DNA of 64,000 nt from Candidatus Hermodarchaeota archaeon (GCA_048885525.1 JBHLLP010000001.1:97227-161226), one strand, 5' to 3'. Shown: positions 30,873 through 41,583, numbered from the stretch's first letter. A program made the numbers and translations. The notes: a model not told the origin generated them from the letters alone.

Positions 30873-31766
30873 ATGGGTCTAAATATAAAAAATAATGTTT
30901 TGTTAAATGCATGTCCCGAATGTGGGGGTTCAATAATTCCATTGATGAACACTGGAGATATTGTATGTAACCAGTGTGGATTAGTGATAAATGAAAAGAG
31001 TGTTGATTTTTCACATAAAGGAAGAAGAGCATATACTAATCAAGAAAAAAACAGTAGAGAACAAACCGGTGCTCCAATTTCTATATTATTACCAGACATG
31101 GGATTAAGCACCGTTATAGACAGAAGGAAAATAAATAATCCTGATTTAAAAAGAGCTGCTAAATGGAATACACGCATAACCTGGCAAAAGAGAAATTTAT
31201 TAATTGCATCTACAGAACTAAAAAGAATTAGTACTAATTTGAATTTACCCAATTATGTAAGAGAGGATGGAATGCGATTATATAAGGAAGCTTTTAAAAA
31301 TAAGTTATTAAGAGGAAGATCTATCAATGCTATGGTTGCTGCTTGCTTATATTTTGCATGCAGAAGAAAACAAATTCCTAGAACCCTTCAAGAAATAACT
31401 AACGAAGCATCGGCTAATGATAAAGATGTAAGGAGAAGTTATACAACCTTGGTAAGAGAATTTAATTTAAAATCTCCATCGACCAATCCAATATCTCTTA
31501 TTCCAAGATATATAAATGAATTAGGATTAGATTCAGAAGTAGAACAATTAACGACTAAAATTTTAAAAGTATATAGTTCAAAATTTTCTGTTAGTGGAAA
31601 AGATCCAAAAGGCTTATGTGCTGGTGCTATATACTTAGCGTGTAAAATTAGAAATAAAGAAATTACACAACAAAAAATTGTAGAATCAGTGGGAGTAACC
31701 GAAGTCACTCTACGTTCGAGATATAAAGAATTGAAAAACAAGTTAAAAATTACTTTACCCACATAA
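30873..31766 (+). CDS. tfb: Transcription initiation factor IIB (TFB)
   Basis: Zn ribbon CPECGG...CNQCG, two cyclin repeats (LRGRS, GKDPKG, GVTEVTLRSRYKEL). Confidence 0.95.
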   Translation: MGLNIKNNVLLNACPECGGSIIPLMNTGDIVCNQCGLVINEKSVDFSHKGRRAYTNQEKNSREQTGAPISILLPDMGLSTVIDRRKINNPDLKRAAKWNTRITWQKRNLLIASTELKRISTNLNLPNYVREDGMRLYKEAFKNKLLRGRSINAMVAACLYFACRRKQIPRTLQEITNEASANDKDVRRSYTTLVREFNLKSPSTNPISLIPRYINELGLDSEVEQLTTKILKVYSSKFSVSGKDPKGLCAGAIYLACKIRNKEITQQKIVESVGVTEVTLRSRYKELKNKLKITLPT

Positions 31767-31866
31767 TATAAAAATATTTTTTTATAATACTTCTTTTTTG
31801 CTGACTATTTTGAAATTTTTCAATTGTTATGAACATTTATATTAGTATAGTTATTTCATTATTATT

Positions 31867-32847
31867 ATGGTCTCTTTCAAAGATTTAGGGTTATCCAATA
31901 CGAAAAGAATGTTTGAAGTGGCTCTAGAAAGGAAATTTGCTGTTCCTGGATATAATTTTAGTAATTTAGAACAACTACAAGCAATTATTATAGGTTGTGG
32001 TGAAACTAATTCACCAGTAATTCTTCAAAATAGCCCAACAGCTGGTGAATATGCTAATCGAGCAATTGTTAGATATTTAGGAGAGGGAGCAGTAGCGATG
32101 GCGAAGGATTTAGGCTATAATATCCCTATTGCTTTACATTTGGATCATGGAAATTCATTCGAATTAGCAAAAATCTGTATAGATACTGGTTTTTCAAGTG
32201 TCATGTTTGACGGAAGTCATCTAAAATATGAAAAAAACATTAATATTACAAAAAAAATAGTGACCTATGCTCATGAAAGAGATATAAGTGTAGAAGCAGA
32301 ATTGGGTGTTATTGCTGGGATTGAAGATCATGTAAAAGCATCTGATCACTTTTATACTGACCCCGATCAAGTAGAAGATTTTGTAAGTAGAACTAATTGT
32401 GATTCATTAGCAATTGCTATCGGTACATCTCATGGAGCATATAAATTTAAAGTTGAAAAGGAAGAAGATATTCCAGAATTACGGTTTGATATACTCCAAG
32501 AAGTTAGAAAACGGTTAGGAAAGTTTCCAATCGTTCTACATGGATCTTCTTCGATCCCTCAGAAGTATGCTAAAATAATTAATGAATATGGAGGTTCACT
32601 AAAAAAAGCATTTGGAATTCCCGAAGCCCAATTAAAAAAAGCAACCCAATACGGAATATGTAAAATCAATATTGCAACCGATAGTAGAATGGTTTTTACA
32701 GCAATGATAAGAAAATACTTAGTAGAGCATCCAGATCAAATTGGTCCTAGAAATTATTTAGGTTTAGCTCGTCAAGAGTTTATTGATATGATAAAACAAA
32801 GAAATACAGATGTGTTAGGCTCCGCAAATCAAGCTAAATATATATAA
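31867..32847 (+). CDS. fba: Class II fructose-1,6-bisphosphate aldolase
   Basis: ALHLDHG, SSVMFDGS, VEAELG, IGTSHGAYK, VLHGSS, KINIATD. Confidence 0.95.
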   Translation: MVSFKDLGLSNTKRMFEVALERKFAVPGYNFSNLEQLQAIIIGCGETNSPVILQNSPTAGEYANRAIVRYLGEGAVAMAKDLGYNIPIALHLDHGNSFELAKICIDTGFSSVMFDGSHLKYEKNINITKKIVTYAHERDISVEAELGVIAGIEDHVKASDHFYTDPDQVEDFVSRTNCDSLAIAIGTSHGAYKFKVEKEEDIPELRFDILQEVRKRLGKFPIVLHGSSSIPQKYAKIINEYGGSLKKAFGIPEAQLKKATQYGICKINIATDSRMVFTAMIRKYLVEHPDQIGPRNYLGLARQEFIDMIKQRNTDVLGSANQAKYI

Positions 32848-32921
32848 TTAATCTAATAGAGTTATCTTAATCCCAATTCTTCTGAAGTAATATTATGAAG
32901 CCTCTTGTAGCCCCATATTAT

Positions 32922-33191
32922 TTACCCTTTTTCGATGATTATTCCAGTACCACCTTTAGGATATTGAAATTTAATTGCGCCAGCATCACATACTTGATAA
33001 CAAGCAGCACATTCTAAACATTTCGATTGATAATCGTCTATAATATAGATCTTTTCTTCTTTTTTTCGCCATAAATTCATAATACATATAACTAAACAAC
33101 GTTCACAATTATTACATTTACTATGATCTATCGAAATGAAGTTTCCTGTGCCTGAAATTCGTTTTGTTAATCCCTCTACCTCTATATTCAT
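32922..33191 (-). CDS. FixX-like ferredoxin
   Basis: CNNCERCLVIC, CLECAACYQVC, YPKGGTG; overlaps the upstream gene stop (ATGA). Confidence 0.88.
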   Translation of the reverse strand: MNIEVEGLTKRISGTGNFISIDHSKCNNCERCLVICIMNLWRKKEEKIYIIDDYQSKCLECAACYQVCDAGAIKFQYPKGGTGIIIEKG

Positions 33192-34597
33192 TTTTGTTCA
33201 CCACCTCTTCTTTTTTTTTTCTGTGGTAACATATCCAAAAGTTTTGGTAATATTTTCATGATCTTCTTAGGATCCATTATTTTATCTAAGTCATCTTCAA
33301 AGATTTTTGCTACTAAGGGAACTACATATGCCATTATAAATGGCGTTGCTTTAGGCATATATGACTTGACATGGCTTATAATTTGACGTACTCTTTTAGT
33401 ATGAGGTTGAGACCAATCAAATATTCCTCCTAGAATTTCCATTATCATAGGCACAAACCAAGACATAGTTTCTTTTGGACTAAACGGTAAAGCTTTCCAT
33501 ATATTCCATAACTCATATCCCGATTCAAATTCTTTCCCGATACTAGTTTTTTGCCATTCCTCGTCAAATTTTTTAAGAGATGTTTTAGTTACATCTCCAG
33601 AGGGTACTAACTCAGAAGCTATTTCTGCTGCTATTTTTCCTGTTACCATAGCGGGATATATCCCTTCCGCTTCAAGAGGGCATGGAAAACCGCCAGCATC
33701 TCCAATTAATATAACACCATCAGCATGCGTATTATAAGGATAATCTAACCAGGGAAGTAAATGAGCTTGAAGCTCACGTGGCTTAGCTTCCAGAATTTTT
33801 AACAATCTTTGATAATATTTTAGATTAATAACACGATTCAAATAATACAATGGATTCTTATCCCACCAATTCATCCAATTCCCCAATCCTTGATGAAAAC
33901 CATCTTTGAAAAAGACTTGATATGAAGATGGAAAAGTTGATCCCCACCAAATTCCTAATGTTTCATCACCCATAATATCATCGATTCTCTCCGAAGGTGC
34001 TTGAAAATCATATTGTGGTACTAATGTAACTTGATTTTGAGCCCATTTATTTCTCAATCCAGATTTTTCTGCTACCATTGATATAACCCCATCTGCACCA
34101 ATAACAAGAGGAGATCTATACTTCTCTCCGTTCTCATCAATTACACCACAAACTTTGCCGTTTTCCTTTAATAAATCTACAATTACCGTTGAAGTCTTTA
34201 ATTCAGCACCCGCATCTGTCGCAAATTGTGCAATCCATTGATCAAACTCACTACGATAAACATTCATAGTAATCCATGATTTTGCAGGTTCATATGAAAC
34301 AGATTCGGTTGGTCGAGCCATAATATAACCCATCACAATATCATCCTTATTTATAAAATAATTACGCGAAGCAGTTCCAGCTCTCATTGAAGGACATTTA
34401 TCAGGTGTTAAATCTTTCATCATTTCAGGAAAGTCTCTAAACATGCGTGGTCCTAATCCACATCCTGAAGAATTTTTTTCTCCCGGTTTTCGGCTACGCT
34501 CAAAAAAGATAGTTTTTAATCCATTTTCCGCAGCAATTTTTGCTGCCATAGAGCCTCCAGGGCCAGCGCCGACTATAATTAAGTCAAAATTTTTCAT
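33188..34597 (-). CDS. FixC/geranylgeranyl-reductase-like FAD oxidoreductase
   Basis: GAGPGG, RSEFDQW, GADG, GDAGGFPCPLEAEGI. Confidence 0.85.
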   Translation of the reverse strand: MKNFDLIIVGAGPGGSMAAKIAAENGLKTIFFERSRKPGEKNSSGCGLGPRMFRDFPEMMKDLTPDKCPSMRAGTASRNYFINKDDIVMGYIMARPTESVSYEPAKSWITMNVYRSEFDQWIAQFATDAGAELKTSTVIVDLLKENGKVCGVIDENGEKYRSPLVIGADGVISMVAEKSGLRNKWAQNQVTLVPQYDFQAPSERIDDIMGDETLGIWWGSTFPSSYQVFFKDGFHQGLGNWMNWWDKNPLYYLNRVINLKYYQRLLKILEAKPRELQAHLLPWLDYPYNTHADGVILIGDAGGFPCPLEAEGIYPAMVTGKIAAEIASELVPSGDVTKTSLKKFDEEWQKTSIGKEFESGYELWNIWKALPFSPKETMSWFVPMIMEILGGIFDWSQPHTKRVRQIISHVKSYMPKATPFIMAYVVPLVAKIFEDDLDKIMDPKKIMKILPKLLDMLPQKKKRRGGEQK

Positions 34598-34744
34598 TTG
34601 CTTATCCTATTTAAACATCATTTAAAAATAATATTTGTTTAATAATGCTCGTGTGATATTTATAAATTTAGTTTTCTAGATGAAAATATCTTAATAGAGA
34701 GAAATATTTTAAGAAGAAAGTATTTTCTTTCTTACTTTATAAAT

Positions 34745-36208
34745 ATGAGTGAAGAACGAATTTATCAAGAATTAGTCAAAATCTGCGGATCGAAATTCAT
34801 TTCTAAAGATCCAGAATTATTAGAAGAATTTTCTACTGATTCAAGTTTAGTTAAAGGGAAAAAACCAAAATATGTAGTATGGCTATATAAAACAAAACAA
34901 ATTGAAGATATCATAAAGTTAGCGAATTCCTTAGAATTTTCAGTTATTCCAGTTAGCTCCAGTTCGCCTTTACGTTATCACGGAGATACTATTCCACAAA
35001 AAGACAATTGTATTATTGTTGATTTATCTAGAATGAATAAAATCCTCAATATTGATAAGAAAAATAGAGTCGTCATGGTTGAACCTGGAGTAGTATTTGG
35101 TCAATTAATTCCAGTTCTTCAAAAGAAAGGTTTAAAGTTAATGCAACCCCTCTTTCCACGAGATGGTAAATCCGTTCTAACAGCAGCTCTAGAAAGAGTA
35201 CCAGTAACCATTCCTCGTTATCAATGGGATAGTTCCGATCCCTTATTATGTACTGAAGTCATTTTTGGTACTGGTGATCTTTTTAGAACTGGAACAGCCG
35301 CTGGTCCTGGAACTATTAAAGAACAAAAAAAGTCTGGTCAAGCGCAAGTTAATCCAATGGGACCAACACAATTTAGTCCTTACAGATTGATACAAGGAGC
35401 ACAAGGAAGCTTGGGAATAGTTACATGGGCTACTCTAAAATTGGAATTAGAACCCACAATTCAAAAAATTTTTCATCTACAATCGGATCATCTTCAAGAT
35501 TTATTGAGGCTTCAACATGAATTGTTAAAATACCGATTAGGTGATGAAATGTTAATTCTGAATAATATTAACTTAGCATGTTTAGTTAAAGAGAAACTGG
35601 AAGATATTAAAGATTTAATCAATTCATTAGCGGAATGGAATTTAATTTTTGTTTTAGCAGGACGTGATAAATTAGCAAATGATAAAATATCCTATCAAGA
35701 AGAAGATATACTAGAGATTATTGAAGAACTTAAACTAAATAATTTGAAAAAAATAAGCCCAATTACTGATAATGAAATTAAATATGCTTTAAATGAATCA
35801 ACTTCATACCCTTGGAGAAAAAGATTAAAAGGTAGTTTTCAAGATATTTTCTTTATCACTAGTTATAAAAGAATTCATGAGTTTATTAAAAAAGTTCAGA
35901 ATGAAATTTCTGAAGATCTTGGTATATATATTCAAGCTTTAAATCAAGGTACTTCCTATCATTGTGAATTTGATATTTATTACAATCCATCTAATGAACA
36001 CGAATCAGAAGTAATAAAAGAAAAATATTTAAAGCTTAGTACAGATTTAATGGAATCTGGCGCATTTTTCAGTCGCCCCTATGGTGTTTGGGCAAAGGAA
36101 GTTTTCAAAAGACATGAAGATTCAACCCAAAAAGCCTTAAAAAAAGTGAAGAAAATATTTGATCCTAATAATGTGTTAAATCCTGGAGTACTATGTTTTG
36201 ATATTTAA
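34745..36208 (+). CDS. FAD-linked oxidoreductase (GlcD/D-lactate dehydrogenase/VAO superfamily)
   Basis: VDLSRMNKI, VEPGV, GAQGSLGIVT, KKIFDPNNVLNPG. Confidence 0.88.
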   Translation: MSEERIYQELVKICGSKFISKDPELLEEFSTDSSLVKGKKPKYVVWLYKTKQIEDIIKLANSLEFSVIPVSSSSPLRYHGDTIPQKDNCIIVDLSRMNKILNIDKKNRVVMVEPGVVFGQLIPVLQKKGLKLMQPLFPRDGKSVLTAALERVPVTIPRYQWDSSDPLLCTEVIFGTGDLFRTGTAAGPGTIKEQKKSGQAQVNPMGPTQFSPYRLIQGAQGSLGIVTWATLKLELEPTIQKIFHLQSDHLQDLLRLQHELLKYRLGDEMLILNNINLACLVKEKLEDIKDLINSLAEWNLIFVLAGRDKLANDKISYQEEDILEIIEELKLNNLKKISPITDNEIKYALNESTSYPWRKRLKGSFQDIFFITSYKRIHEFIKKVQNEISEDLGIYIQALNQGTSYHCEFDIYYNPSNEHESEVIKEKYLKLSTDLMESGAFFSRPYGVWAKEVFKRHEDSTQKALKKVKKIFDPNNVLNPGVLCFDI

Positions 36209-36398
36209 ATCATATCATTATTCTTAGATTGTATAAATCTTTCTTTACTAACACGATCTCATTTCATAAAGTTATTTGGATTTTAATGTATAATATTTAA
36301 TTTCTTAAGGGATATCATTTTATTTGATTCATCACTGATCAAATCAAATATTTGCTTTAAAATAGTAAAATCTTAAAAAAAGGGGATTTTCTACATTA

Positions 36399-37703
36399 TT
36401 GAATGAGCAAGAATATAAACAAATGATAAAACGCTGTCTGCGTTGTTCAATATGTAAATGGATACCACAACTACAAATAAAAAGTCAAAAATACGCTACA
36501 ATTTGTCCTTCAGTAGATATATTCAATTTTCATGCATATAGTGGTGGTGGGCGTATAATAATTGCTTTAGCTCTAGAAATGGGGCGACTTGAACCTTCTC
36601 AAGAATTAACGGATATCGTCTATAAATGCACAGAATGTGGTGGGTGTGCTGTGTCTTGTAAATTCCTAAATACTTTAGAGCCACTTGAAATTATAATTAA
36701 ACTTAGAGAAAAATTGGTATCTTTAGGATATGGACCAATGCCAAAACAGCAACAATACATTGAATCCATAAAAAACAAAAATAATCCTTATTATGAACCT
36801 CATGAGAAGAGGCTAGAGTGGTTGCCAAATGATATCAAGATTGATCCTGACGCAAAGACCTTATATTTTGTAGGATGCACATCAGCATATAGGAGAAAAG
36901 AAATAGCAATCGCAACTACTCGTGTTTTGAATGCTGCGGACTATCCATTTAAAATTCTTAGTGAAAATGAGTTTTGTTGTGGTAGTCCAATCTTAAGAAC
37001 TGGAGATAAAAATACATTTATAAACCAACTAAACAAAAATATTGAAATCATTGAAAAAGAAGAAATAGAAACAGTTGTTTTTAGTTGTGCTGGATGTTAT
37101 GATACTTTTAAGGTTGATTATCCTTTAGAAAGAGATTATAAGTTCAAGATTCTTCATACTACAGAATTATTTAATGAATTACTCGATAGAGGACAATTGA
37201 TTTTGACAAAGGAAGTGCCTTTAACAGTAACTTATCATGATCCTTGTCATTTAGGTCGTGATTCTGAACCATATGAAGAATGGGACGGTGAAGTATTACA
37301 AATGATGCCTCTTGTATCTATTAATATGCCTGAAAAACCAAAGAGATGCGGAAAATATGGAATTTATGAGTCTCCAAGGGATTTGCTAAACAGGATACCA
37401 GGGCTTAATTTTATCGAAATGGAACGTATTAAAGAATATTCTTATTGTTGTGGTGCTGGAGGAGGTGTAAAATCTGCCTTTCCAGAATTCGCTCTTGAAA
37501 CTGCTAAAGCTCGGATTGAAGAAGCTGAAGATACTGGAGCAGAAATAATTGCATCAGCTTGTCCTTTTTGTTCAACAAATTTAAATGATGCAATTGTTGA
37601 TAGAGGTTCTAGTTTAAGGATGTTTGACATAAGTGAGTTAATATTGATGGCACTAACTACACCAAATAAATCTGTTAAAGAGTCATTCAAGGAGGTAAAA
37701 TAA
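36399..37703 (+). CDS. HdrD/GlpC-like Fe-S protein with CCG domains
   Basis: CLRCSIC, CTECGGC, FVGC, EFCCG, YHDPCHLGR, CCGAGGG, ACPFC. Confidence 0.92.
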   Translation: MNEQEYKQMIKRCLRCSICKWIPQLQIKSQKYATICPSVDIFNFHAYSGGGRIIIALALEMGRLEPSQELTDIVYKCTECGGCAVSCKFLNTLEPLEIIIKLREKLVSLGYGPMPKQQQYIESIKNKNNPYYEPHEKRLEWLPNDIKIDPDAKTLYFVGCTSAYRRKEIAIATTRVLNAADYPFKILSENEFCCGSPILRTGDKNTFINQLNKNIEIIEKEEIETVVFSCAGCYDTFKVDYPLERDYKFKILHTTELFNELLDRGQLILTKEVPLTVTYHDPCHLGRDSEPYEEWDGEVLQMMPLVSINMPEKPKRCGKYGIYESPRDLLNRIPGLNFIEMERIKEYSYCCGAGGGVKSAFPEFALETAKARIEEAEDTGAEIIASACPFCSTNLNDAIVDRGSSLRMFDISELILMALTTPNKSVKESFKEVK

Positions 37704-39269
37704 ATGGTTTTGGAAAAGGAAATATTTAAAGAATTTGAATATGTTGTTGGTGTAGGAAATATTGATGATGGTGATGTTATAACCAATATATATGCTTATA
37801 ACTGGTGTATGGAAATTATTAATTACATGGATGGTAAAGATCCTATTCCATTTTCTCCCATTCCTAAAGCAGTTGTGTTACCTTCATCTACAGAAGAACT
37901 TCAAAAAATAATAAAATTGTGTAATAAATTTGGAATTGTATTTAAAGCTCAAAGTACAGGATTAGGTCCTTGGAACCAGCCTTCTGTGGAAAATTCAATA
38001 ATCATTGATCTTCGCCGGATGAATAAAATAGTGAAAATTGATGAGAAAAATCTCTATGCGGTAATTGAACCATATGTGAGTGGTTCACAACTACAAGTTG
38101 AAATAATGAAATACGGACTCAATTGCCACATGCCTGGTGCTGGACCCCAAGTTTCTCCACTAGCTAGTGCAACATCTATGAATGGTCCAGGTTTTACATC
38201 CCCTTCTACTGGACATAGTGCTAGAAACGTTTTAGCAGTTGAATGGATATTACCAGATGGAGAGATTATGAAATTAGGGGCATATGGTCAAAAAAACGAT
38301 CCAGATTTTTTTTATGGAGATGGCCCAGGACCTAGTTTACGTGGTATTATGAGAGGTTGGGCTGGAACAAAATCAGGACTTGGCGTTTTTACGAAAGTTG
38401 CGGTAAAATTGTTTCCCTATCCCTGTAATACAGAATACAAAGTCAAAGGATATTCTCCTAACTACGATTTTGAAATCCCTGATTTTATGAAATTATATGT
38501 TGTGGATTGTGGGAATTTCAAGAAACTCGAAAAAGTTATGCACGAAGTAGAAGAGCACGAAATATCATTTATGTGTAGTTTTTTATCTGGTTTTGCCGTA
38601 ATGGCAATTTTTTCTAATTCAATTGAAAGTTTAATGGATAAAATCCCAATAGGGCAGATGAAAGCTCCGCTAGTAGTAATAATAGCTGCCCGTACAAAAC
38701 GAGAATTTGAGTATAAAAAAGAGGTAATGTATTTTCTACTGCAGAAATTTAAACTAAAAAATATTGTTGGAAAAATATATACCCCTAAACCTATATTTTA
38801 CGCTGAAGCACTCCGTTCGAATTTAGGATTACATGGTTTTATAGCTACAGGGGGTTTTCAGTCTTCTAAAGGAGTCGCTGATACTGCAGCTGTATGTCTT
38901 CGGAGCACTAAATCAAATATTGCTTTAAAACAAGAGTTTATAAAGAAAGAAGCAATTGCTAATGATTTTGGAGAAGGTACATGGATGACTTCATATGAAT
39001 CGGGGCATTATTTTCATATGGAATCCCCCACGATGTTTGATCAAACTGAAGAGAGTAGTGTGAAAGGAATGGCTGAATATATGGAGAAGAGTAATCAATT
39101 AGATTTATTAAAACATCTTGGCGCGCCGTTCTTTGTAGAAGGTACTCGCATCCATGAGATGTTTGGCCCTCATATGTCTAATTATCATACATGGCTAAAA
39201 AAAATTAAACAAGCATTTGACCCAAATAATATATCTGATTCTGGATTTTACATTTCACCAGATGATTAA
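37704..39269 (+). CDS. FAD-linked oxidoreductase (GlcD/VAO superfamily)
   Basis: AVVLPSSTEE, IDLRRMNKI, GLGVFTK, KQAFDPNN; AGGAGG SD. Confidence 0.88.
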   Translation: MVLEKEIFKEFEYVVGVGNIDDGDVITNIYAYNWCMEIINYMDGKDPIPFSPIPKAVVLPSSTEELQKIIKLCNKFGIVFKAQSTGLGPWNQPSVENSIIIDLRRMNKIVKIDEKNLYAVIEPYVSGSQLQVEIMKYGLNCHMPGAGPQVSPLASATSMNGPGFTSPSTGHSARNVLAVEWILPDGEIMKLGAYGQKNDPDFFYGDGPGPSLRGIMRGWAGTKSGLGVFTKVAVKLFPYPCNTEYKVKGYSPNYDFEIPDFMKLYVVDCGNFKKLEKVMHEVEEHEISFMCSFLSGFAVMAIFSNSIESLMDKIPIGQMKAPLVVIIAARTKREFEYKKEVMYFLLQKFKLKNIVGKIYTPKPIFYAEALRSNLGLHGFIATGGFQSSKGVADTAAVCLRSTKSNIALKQEFIKKEAIANDFGEGTWMTSYESGHYFHMESPTMFDQTEESSVKGMAEYMEKSNQLDLLKHLGAPFFVEGTRIHEMFGPHMSNYHTWLKKIKQAFDPNNISDSGFYISPDD

Positions 39270-39296
39270 TAAAAAAATGAGCTTCTGAGTAATAAT

Positions 39297-39713
39297 ATGG
39301 TAGATTCAAATCAGAAAAATAAAAATGTCAGAGGTTTTGCAGTTCTAATCAATAGTATTCTCACACCTCTGAATGAAAATAAAAAGTTTCAAGAAAAATT
39401 CCGAAAGGTTAATACTAAAATTCTTTTAAATGCTTCAAACTTAAATCATGCTGCAATTATTATAGTTGATAATGGATTGCTGACAGTTGAGAGTATTCCA
39501 AATAAACCAAAAGAAAATTTGAAAAAACGAAAAGTAGGTTGGAATGGTTTTTTAGAGATGGACACACAAACATTCCTAGCTATTGCTATGAGTCGCCTTT
39601 CACTATTTGGGGTTGCGAAAAAGTGGTTAAGTCGTAAAATAAAAATGCGTGGAATTAGAAAATTGCTAATTTTATTGAAAATGTTTAGATTATTAACAAA
39701 TTATAACGATTAG
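39297..39713 (+). CDS. SCP2-like lipid-binding protein
   Basis: SCP2-type C-terminal pattern FLAIAMSRLS...WLSRKIKMRG. Confidence 0.6.
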   Translation: MVDSNQKNKNVRGFAVLINSILTPLNENKKFQEKFRKVNTKILLNASNLNHAAIIIVDNGLLTVESIPNKPKENLKKRKVGWNGFLEMDTQTFLAIAMSRLSLFGVAKKWLSRKIKMRGIRKLLILLKMFRLLTNYND

Positions 39714-39752
39714 TTTTTTTATTAATTAAAAATTTGAGAATGAAGAAAAAAA

Positions 39753-40805
39753 TTGATTATGAGTACAAAAATTAAAGAAAAGTGGTTAGGACCAGGACGA
39801 AAGGATGGTGAAATTAAACCAATCCTGCCTAAAGACGATGCATTACATATTGATATGGAAGAAAAAGGAACTAGAGAATGGTGGTATTTTGATGCTCGTC
39901 TTGATAATGAATATACAGTAGTAGGATTTTTTCGAGCAAAACATGAACGAACGGGAAAAACTGGTGTAGAAATTACGATTTATAGACCAAATGGAGAAAA
40001 AATTCAGAAAGTAATAGATTACCATTATTCTGATCTTAAAGCTTCTCAAGATATACCAGATGTTCAGATTGGTAAAAATTATATTAAAGTTGATTATTCT
40101 AACAAAGAATTACCAATTTACGAAATCTTCTTAGATGAAGGTGATTATGGGCTTCATTTAATATATACTGCCCAAGTTCATGGTTGGAAGCCTGGAAAAG
40201 GTTATATTGAGTTTGGAAAATCACATCAATTTGGTTGGGTTATAGCTTTACCTCGAGCAGATGTTGAAGGAACAATTAAGGTTGATAAGGAAATAATTCA
40301 AGTAAAAGGAATTGGTTATCATGATCATAATTGGCTAAATTTTAATTTTGCATTAATAATCAATTATTGGTATTGGGGCAGGATTTATTCTGAAAATTAT
40401 ACTGTTATTTTTGCTTATATCAAATGTAACAAGAAAATGGATAATTATCCGATACAAGTTTTAATGCTCGCGAAAAATGGAAAAGTAATCCTAAGTACTG
40501 GTGAATATGAATTAATTCAAGAAAATTTTGAATATAATAATAAAGCTGGAAATAGTTATCCAAAAATCTTGAAATTTAATATCAATGATCAAAATGAAAT
40601 CACTCTGGAGGTTCAGGAAATTATTGATGCAGATAATTTACTTTATGAATTAGGACCAGTCACACGTTTCCTAGCAAAAAATCTCTTAAAATTAAAACCA
40701 GGGTATTTTCGATTAAATTCTAAGTTTCAACTTAATATTGTTCATGAAGGAAAATCAAATATAGAAAAAGGAAATACCCTTCATGAGATGGTCATAACTA
40801 AGTAA
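39753..40805 (+). CDS. CrtC/AttH (carotenoid 1,2-hydratase / tocopherol-cyclase-like beta-barrel) family protein
   Basis: EWWYFDA, GIGYHDHNW, WYWGR; start probably ATG 39759. Confidence 0.8.
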   Translation: MIMSTKIKEKWLGPGRKDGEIKPILPKDDALHIDMEEKGTREWWYFDARLDNEYTVVGFFRAKHERTGKTGVEITIYRPNGEKIQKVIDYHYSDLKASQDIPDVQIGKNYIKVDYSNKELPIYEIFLDEGDYGLHLIYTAQVHGWKPGKGYIEFGKSHQFGWVIALPRADVEGTIKVDKEIIQVKGIGYHDHNWLNFNFALIINYWYWGRIYSENYTVIFAYIKCNKKMDNYPIQVLMLAKNGKVILSTGEYELIQENFEYNNKAGNSYPKILKFNINDQNEITLEVQEIIDADNLLYELGPVTRFLAKNLLKLKPGYFRLNSKFQLNIVHEGKSNIEKGNTLHEMVITK

Positions 40806-40829
40806 AACAATAGTTAATTATATGAAATC

Positions 40830-41525
40830 TTATTTCTTATCCTCTAAAGCTTTTTTTGGAAATAAGCGCTTTTTTAATTTTACCATACTTGTATCCATAT
40901 CGTAGTCTACTAATCCAACTTTTGCCAATTCTTGAACTGAATGCAATACAAAGGCTCCTCCTATTCCAGTTGTTGTCTTTATTTGATCCCTAGTCATTTC
41001 TTCTTTTTCTCCGTGTAATGTCATTAAAATTCTATAATGTGGTTGTCCTTGCCATATTTCTGACACTAAAACTGTATAAATTGAAAGTAAAGCACGAACT
41101 CTCTCAAAATTATATTCAGCTTCTTCAGCTTCCTCAGCAGCTTGCATAAACTTCTCTAATTCAACTTTTACTTTCTGATATTCATCGAGTAATTTCATTT
41201 GTTCTTCTGTTAAAGAACCAATTTTTTTATCTCTCTCTTGTTTTTCTAATTCAAGTTTTTTTGTAGCATCCTCTAACTTTTTCTTATCTATTTCCAAGTT
41301 CTGTTTTTCATTTTCTAATTTTGTTTTTTCTTTCTCTAATAGCAGTTTTTCCTTTTCAAGGGTTTCTTTTACTTCACTCAACTCTAATTTATCACTTTCA
41401 AGTTTTAATAATGCACTTCTTGAAGTTTCAAGAACATCAATGAATTCTTTGAAACTTGATTCGGCAGCTCGAATGGTTTTATCAATAATATTTAAAGTCT
41501 TTTCTTCATCTGGCATTGGAATCAC
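40830..41525 (-). CDS. Coiled-coil protein with C-terminal winged helix
   Basis: Heptads LEKEKLL/LEKEKTK/LENEKQN/LEIDKKK...; wHTH MTRDQIKTTTGIGGAFVLHSVQELAKVGLVDYD. Confidence 0.8.
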   Translation of the reverse strand: MIPMPDEEKTLNIIDKTIRAAESSFKEFIDVLETSRSALLKLESDKLELSEVKETLEKEKLLLEKEKTKLENEKQNLEIDKKKLEDATKKLELEKQERDKKIGSLTEEQMKLLDEYQKVKVELEKFMQAAEEAEEAEYNFERVRALLSIYTVLVSEIWQGQPHYRILMTLHGEKEEMTRDQIKTTTGIGGAFVLHSVQELAKVGLVDYDMDTSMVKLKKRLFPKKALEDKK

Positions 41526-41583
41526 AATTTATTTTATTCAATTATTTTTATTATATTTATTCTATTAAAAGATTTTTTAAATA

